The notes below the pieces were generated by a model. That model saw only the letters and a program-made list of their open reading frames with translations. It was not told where the DNA came from and did not search any database. Below, one piece after another: positions 57,580 to 64,000 of a DNA stretch of 64,000 nt; the stretch's first letter is position 1; the number at the start of each line of letters is the position of its first letter. The translations under genes were made by a program, and so were the position numbers. This DNA comes from Eledone cirrhosa. Its lineage: Eukaryota. The DNA is taken from the NCBI GenBank assembly GCA_964016885.1, contig OZ024745.1, positions 22,134,001-22,198,000 on the forward strand. Reading direction: 5' to 3'.

Positions 57580-57632
<53 letters not shown>

Positions 57633-57991
57633 TGAAGCTGGTGACGACACATGCGATAAAATTAATGATGGCCGTCGAGTATAGTGAACTAGATTGATGA
57701 AGTAATCAATATGTGCGGCAGTAGCGGCAGCAGCAGCAGCAACAACAACCCTTACACCAAATACTAACACTATCACCACCACTACCATCATATGATCATC
57801 ACCACCACCACCACCACTTACATCACCATCACTAACACAAACCATCACTAACACAAACACCAACATCATCACCACCACCACAATAACAACAACAACCACT
57901 ACAACCACCAGTCACCAACACGACCATCATCACTACCACCACCAACATCGACGCATCCTCAACACAACGACAACAACAAAAACTACTACTG

Positions 57992-58066
<75 letters not shown>

Positions 58067-58420
58067 GTCTGACGACCATGACTATGATTAAAGATAGGAA
58101 TTGAAGACCCACAATGACATTAAGATGGGGTGGGGGGGGGGGGGATGGAGCTGGGGGAGTTGGCGGAGGAGCAGGAGGGAGGCGAAGGTTTATAGAAGGT
58201 TGATGATGATATTGATTTTGAGAACGATGATGATGACGAGGAGGAGAAGTTGGAATTGTGTTAAGCTGGTTGGTCATAATTAGATTGAGATAGTGAGTGT
58301 TGTTACGTTACTGTTGGTGCTTCTTGTTGTCTGGGGTAAATACCAGAGTTTTTGTATGAGAATTATGATGATGATGATGAATATGGTGGTGATGATGATA
58401 ATGATGATGATGTTGAGGAC
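57230..58420. repeat. Mixed trinucleotide low-complexity region (GAT, CAC, CTA, GAG)
   Basis: Direct reading. Confidence 0.85.
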
Positions 58421-58766
58421 ATGTAGGGCTCGATAAAAATAAGTGTGTGACTAAGATGACTTGAGGATGCTGGCCCAGTATGACCGCAATATAATGATTG
58501 AAACCAGTGAAAGAATAAAAAAATATATATATATAAATCCATCCATTCTTCCCCCACCCTATGCACACACACATGCCCCAAACCCCAACACATACACGTG
58601 TAGATATATACATGCATATATACATATATTCTAATTTTTCATGGTTTCTTCCGATAAAAAACAAGCCTCCGAAACGTTAAAACCCTCTTCCCGCTATTTC
58701 AAGCGTTTAACTAATATATTCCTTCCATATACTGTACCGTTCGCGTTGTTATTTCTGTTTACCTTT

Positions 58767-58805
<39 letters not shown>

Positions 58806-58810
58806 AAGGA

Positions 58811-58847
<37 letters not shown>

Positions 58848-58928
58848 GGGGGGGGGGGGGTATGTAAAAGGTAAACAGAAATAACAACACAATTGGTACA
58901 GTATATGGAAGGTATATATTGTGTTAAC

Positions 58929-58973
<45 letters not shown>

Positions 58974-59142
58974 CGGGCGCTCTATCTCAAAATTATTTTT
59001 GAAAAGCATTAGATATACGCAACCGGTAAAAATCTTAAAACTAAAACTGAATACTAACCAATACTTATTACTAATTTTTACTTATTCCTAATTAAACTAT
59101 TTTTCACTGGGAACAATTTGTCAGCATTTTCTTTTCCTTTTA

Positions 59143-59193
<51 letters not shown>

Positions 59194-60282
59194 GCATCAG
59201 CAATGTGAGAAGGTTGAACCGTTGAATTATACGTTCTGCCCATCAGGCAAGTTTCTACAAGGTTTACCTCGACACGACAATATGAGAAAAGATTCTGCCC
59301 CAAATTCCAAGCAGTGAAGTCGATCCCAGTTCCTAAAGATACAACGCCACATACATATAAATACACAATTTTTTGTTAAATTATTGAATTACATTCCTGT
59401 TCTGTACTACTACGACAGTACACATTCTAAAATTTAATTATAATTTAATGTTTTAATAAATTCATTAAGCATTAAATGATAAATTTAATTACTTCGCAAT
59501 CATACTTCTATTGTTTCTTTTTAAATCAACACTTTTATACTTTCTTAATATCACTTGTGTCTTTGACTGATATACTGTACTGTTTAGTAATCGTAACCAA
59601 GTGTAGAGAAACATCCAAACATGCGTAGAAGCAACCAATATTTCTTAACAAAGACTCATTGAAACAAGTCTTTCTATTACATACATTTTCGAATAACAGC
59701 TGTTTTTTCAATATAGAACTTAAAAAATGGTTCAGTGCATTAGTCGCGGACTCTGTGCATTTTCGAGGCAGAAAATGACAGAATGGATTTGTGCATTTGA
59801 CTTTTTAAAGGTTGTATTTCTTTCATGAAGTTAACTTCTGCTATTAGTTAGCAACTTAGCGTATGATTCTTCAGGAAAGTAATTGAGAAACTGATGACTT
59901 CATGATCAATAAATTTGAAGATTTGCAAACCAGCAGGGCTTAGATTTATCTCCTGTTAAAGTAGCTTTGGATCATCTAAACATTTCCCCCCGCATATACC
60001 CTCAAATTTCAGTAATATTCTAGCATTATATATTCAAACAATTAGCAGATTACATTGTGTCCTACTCTGTCTAAAGTTCAGATGATGTCCTAAACTGTGA
60101 CACATATTTATTGATTTTTATTGATCTTTAAAGATTCGAAAATTTGAGACGATTAGCGAGAAAGTCTGCTGCACTGCAGTTTAGACGAAAGCTATATATT
60201 CTTCCAGAAATAAGCTGGGTTTCCATCAGATATCGTTGCAGTTGTTCATAGAATACTGATTTCATTATTTTGATAATAATAG

Positions 60283-60508
60283 GATGGTGCATTGGTAGCA
60301 TCGGTAGAGCATCAGATTATATGATTTACTCCATGTAGTTACGCCCCTTTACGTTCTGAGTTCAAATCCCAACGAGAATAGCTTTGACTTTCATTCTTAC
60401 TGGGTCGATAACATAATATACGAGTAACACACTGGGGTCGATATAATCGATTTTCCAATTCCTCCAAATTATTGGTCCTATGTCTAATTCAGAAACCAAC
60501 CATTATTT
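60283..60508 (+). mobile_element. Diverged S1-related SINE
   Basis: tggtagcatcggtaga, gagttcaaatcc, ctttcattcttactgggtcgata. Confidence 0.75.
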
Positions 60509-60639
60509 TGTTAATAGTACTGTGTATTTGTCAATAGTTTCAGTGATAGGTGCCTGATTCCTTGTTAATTCTAGATGCTACACACGTAGCATATCAATGT
60601 TTTGTTCACATACACACACACACACACACACGCACACAT

Positions 60640-60704
<65 letters not shown>

Positions 60705-60803
60705 TACATATATATAATAATAAATTTGAAGACTAAAATCAGAAGATCCCGTTAAGGGTGAAAGCAGCGATTCTTTGCTTAAACTTTAATGTTATTTTAA
60801 TAA

Positions 60804-60849
<46 letters not shown>

Positions 60850-61119
60850 CACATTTTGACAGAAAGGAAAATATGTGACATAGAAAGCTAACTAGTCTCA
60901 TATCTGATTACTTCATAAATTCAACTGAGTTTTAATCTTTATTGGTCTTCAGTTAATAAATTATATCTATGATGTGTTCCATTTTGAATGTTATGCCCTC
61001 TAGCGGTAACAACGTTGTTATATGGTTGTCGTCAGCATTTGGTATGTGAAACCTTCTGTAGATGTCCAACAGAATATATTGACTTTACCTTTTTCTTTGT
61101 GCTATTGTAATATATATAT

Positions 61120-61314
61120 AATTGTTTCTACTTTTGGCACAAGGCCAGCAATTATCCCAGTGCATTACTGGTACTTTATTTTATCGACCCCGTAAGAATG
61201 AAAGGCGAAGTTAACCTCGGCGGGATTGGAAGTCAGATCGTAAAGGGACGTAATTCTTTTTTGCTGCAAAGCATGGCGTCCGACCCTCTACCGATACTGC
61301 CAATCCACCGCCCT
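61120..61314 (-). mobile_element. Full-length S1 SINE
   Basis: Reverse complement of 1917-2104 with a ggcggtggattggcag head. Confidence 0.88.
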
Positions 61315-62388
61315 TATGTAATATATATGAAATGCAAGTGATATAGAGGTAGTGTATTTATATTACCTAGAGAGAGAGGAGGTAACAAGAGATGGAAGGG
61401 GAAAGAGAGAAATATATTATTAGGCAACACATTTAATATACGATATCTTCGTATGTGTTGAGGTTCTCTTGAGGGCCAATTTTTTTTTTTACCGTTTTAT
61501 GACTGAAGCAGATAAAGAAGTAACCTACATGATTTAATTCAAGCTTTTAGCATGTCATACCTGTATGAATATATACCTAGTTTTGATTTCTAGTTCAACT
61601 CATTTATTTAGGTTTTTATCGCGTATCATAGCCTGATAAATATATACATATTTTTATCCTTTAGTTAGACCGAATGAATGTAGAATATAATGAATTGCCT
61701 ACAAACGCATGGATATTACAATATATTTTAATTCACTATTTTTTAGATTCTTTTGTTTTGTGGGGTAAGTGCAGTGCCTATTATCCATCTCAGGGGCTCC
61801 AAGAAAAGTTTAAGGGAGAGAGGGAGGGAAAGAAGAATGTATATTCAGGTCGGATACCTGCCCGAATGCTTGTAACAGAGAGGACTCCGCTAAATGTAAC
61901 TGAAGAGTCGGATGGTAGCGTTAAACCGGACAACAGATTAAGTCAGCCATCCATTTCTCAACAGACACTACTAATACCTCATCCATTCCGCTACTTAACT
62001 TATATAATCTCATCAACACATTGTAAAATTGACCTGAGCTAGATATAATCTTACTCAAATAAATCCAAACAGTCTCAAACGTATTCAAATTGATCTTACA
62101 ACAGTCAAACATAACTCAAAATACGTAAACTCATGGAAACACACTTAAATGTATTAAAATACTGGCCGTATCTAATTATGATTTTAGATTTCACGAACGT
62201 CTAAAAAAAACTTTTAAAAACATTGAAAACGACCGGAACACATCAAACCGTGTCAGTCAAACTTACTCTAGCCTTACGGCAAGAACCAAAAGACGGACGA
62301 CATATTAAGGCAGATAACTCTACCATGTGATTCCTTTTTGCATTGCAGGTGTCTCTCATTTTCTCTGACACATCCTTATTCCTTTTAG

Positions 62389-62449
<61 letters not shown>

Positions 62450-62564
62450 TAAGTATTTGCTCTGTTTCTTATATATTTTATATATTCTTATATACTTGAT
62501 ATATATTTATCCTTATCGAACCCTCTTTGGATTTTAGACTTCATGTTTATTATTATTACTATAT

Positions 62565-62659
<95 letters not shown>

Positions 62660-62660
<1 letters not shown>

Positions 62661-63822
62661 GTATATATATAAAATTAAGTATGTGTGTGTGTGTGTCTGT
62701 GTATTACCTGTAGGGGCCTACATCTTATGACCGATTTTCATGAAACTTTACAGGCTCATAGATTAGTCATCGGGGGAGTGTTTTCTATATATCAGCGTAT
62801 TGTTTTTTTTTTATTCCGGGGTCATTCTGCAGATAAAAATCGATAGGGGGTCACCTCTTTTTAGGTATCGAAAAATAAGATTTTGGGCTCTAGCTCCCAC
62901 ATTTTGCCACCGATTTCGTTCAAATTTTAAAGCAAAATAGAATTTATCATTGTACATCCTGTAATTGCTTTATATTTTGCCTTTGTTGTTCAGGGACGGC
63001 ATTGCAGCCGCTTAAATATTCAAAAATACTACTTTTAGACTCAAATTTCCACTTTTTCGGCTCTAGCTCCCACATTAATCAACCTACTTTGTTCAAATTT
63101 TACACTACGCTAGATCTGATTATTTCACGTCTTAACCTGCCTTTACATTTTGGATTTTTTGTTCAGGAACGGCGTGGCAACCGCTTAAATATTCGAAAAT
63201 AACATCTTTTCGCTCAAATTTCCACCTTTTTCGGCTCTAGCTCCCACATTTTTCAACCGATTTCATTCAAATTCCACCTCACACATAAATCAATTTATTT
63301 GGTTCAACTTTTATACTACGATAGAACCTATCATTGCACATCTTATAATAGCTTTACACTGCATTTTTTGTTCAGGGACGGCAACCTATCATTAGCTTCC
63401 ACATTGTTCAACCGATTTCGTTCAAATTCGAAACTTCGGCTCCACCTCACACATAAATCAATTTATTTGGTTCAACTGTTATACTACGATAGAACCTATC
63501 ATTGCACATCTTATAGATAATCAAAGGCAAAAGGATGGCCACTGACGGCCAGCTTTTAGTTGTGTATTTGAGAATTCATCGGTTTCCAATCAAGTAGCGT
63601 GAGGAAATTTGGCTTAGTGTTAGAGGTCATTACCTCCCACCCCCAGCATGCCCCTTCATCAGTCACCCGCGTTTCTCAGTGATAGAGGTCATCACCACTT
63701 TCCCTCGCATGGCCTGTGTCTGGCCATAGATGAGTCATCGAGAAGCAGTCGGTAAGATCAACACATTTTCATCAAAGCAGATATTATTTTACCTACCCAG
63801 GCAACGCTGGGTACTGCTGCTA

Positions 63823-63823
<1 letters not shown>
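62660..63823 (+). mobile_element. Non-autonomous Helitron-like element with internal repeats of about 173 bp
   Basis: 3' hairpin tacccag-gcaacg-ctgggta then CTAG|T; ggctctagctcccacatt at 62886, 63059, 63233; 5' end hidden in (TA)n. Confidence 0.7.
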
Positions 63824-63867
<44 letters not shown>

Positions 63868-64000
63868 GAGTGTATAACATCCTGAACGTTCTGAAGAAGT
63901 TCGACATTATCGCTGCAAATAGTCACATTTCTCGTCAGCTGATTCTATTTTTTTTAAAATCTGGTTGCCTTAACGTTTGTCTTCGTTAAGCTCACCCTAA

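Noticed and set aside
57176-58664. Asp/His/Val-rich ORFs
   Set aside because: Low-complexity trinucleotide repeats.
61674-62042. 122-aa ORF, possible terminal exon
   Set aside because: No motif, weak acceptor; needs RNA evidence.

Overview
AT-rich animal genomic DNA, probably cephalopod/octopus-like (inferred from the microsatellite load and the SINE, not provable here). It has almost no host coding sequence: one credible 101-nt exon. Most ORFs in the track are translations of (TA)n/(CA)n/(GA)n arrays. The window is dominated by Penelope-like retroelements (PLEs; RT plus C-terminal GIY-YIG, Naiad-like motifs) inserted into (TA)n tracts, and by dozens of short non-coding relatives. By eye I find about 40 type-I hammerhead ribozyme (HHR) motifs (helix I-CUGANGA-helix II-GAAA-short, often palindromic helix III-UH-helix I), including U3-A8 and U4A core variants. 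Most insertions are head-to-head fold-backs with both 3' ends facing outward into (TA)n. One arm usually stops 4-10 nt before a conserved (A/G)CTC...GAG(T/C)RC hairpin, while the other arm reads through it. Three non-coding, hairpin-rich HHR monomers (310, 465 and 453 nt) occur as greater-than-unit-length, circularly permuted copies, as expected for retrozyme-like circular RNAs mobilised by the PLE machinery. Also present: a tRNA-derived SINE family, RTE LINE fragments, two non-autonomous Helitrons, MITE-like elements and minisatellites. Coordinates were read by eye (allow a few nt, more at microsatellite borders). No activity has been shown for any ribozyme.
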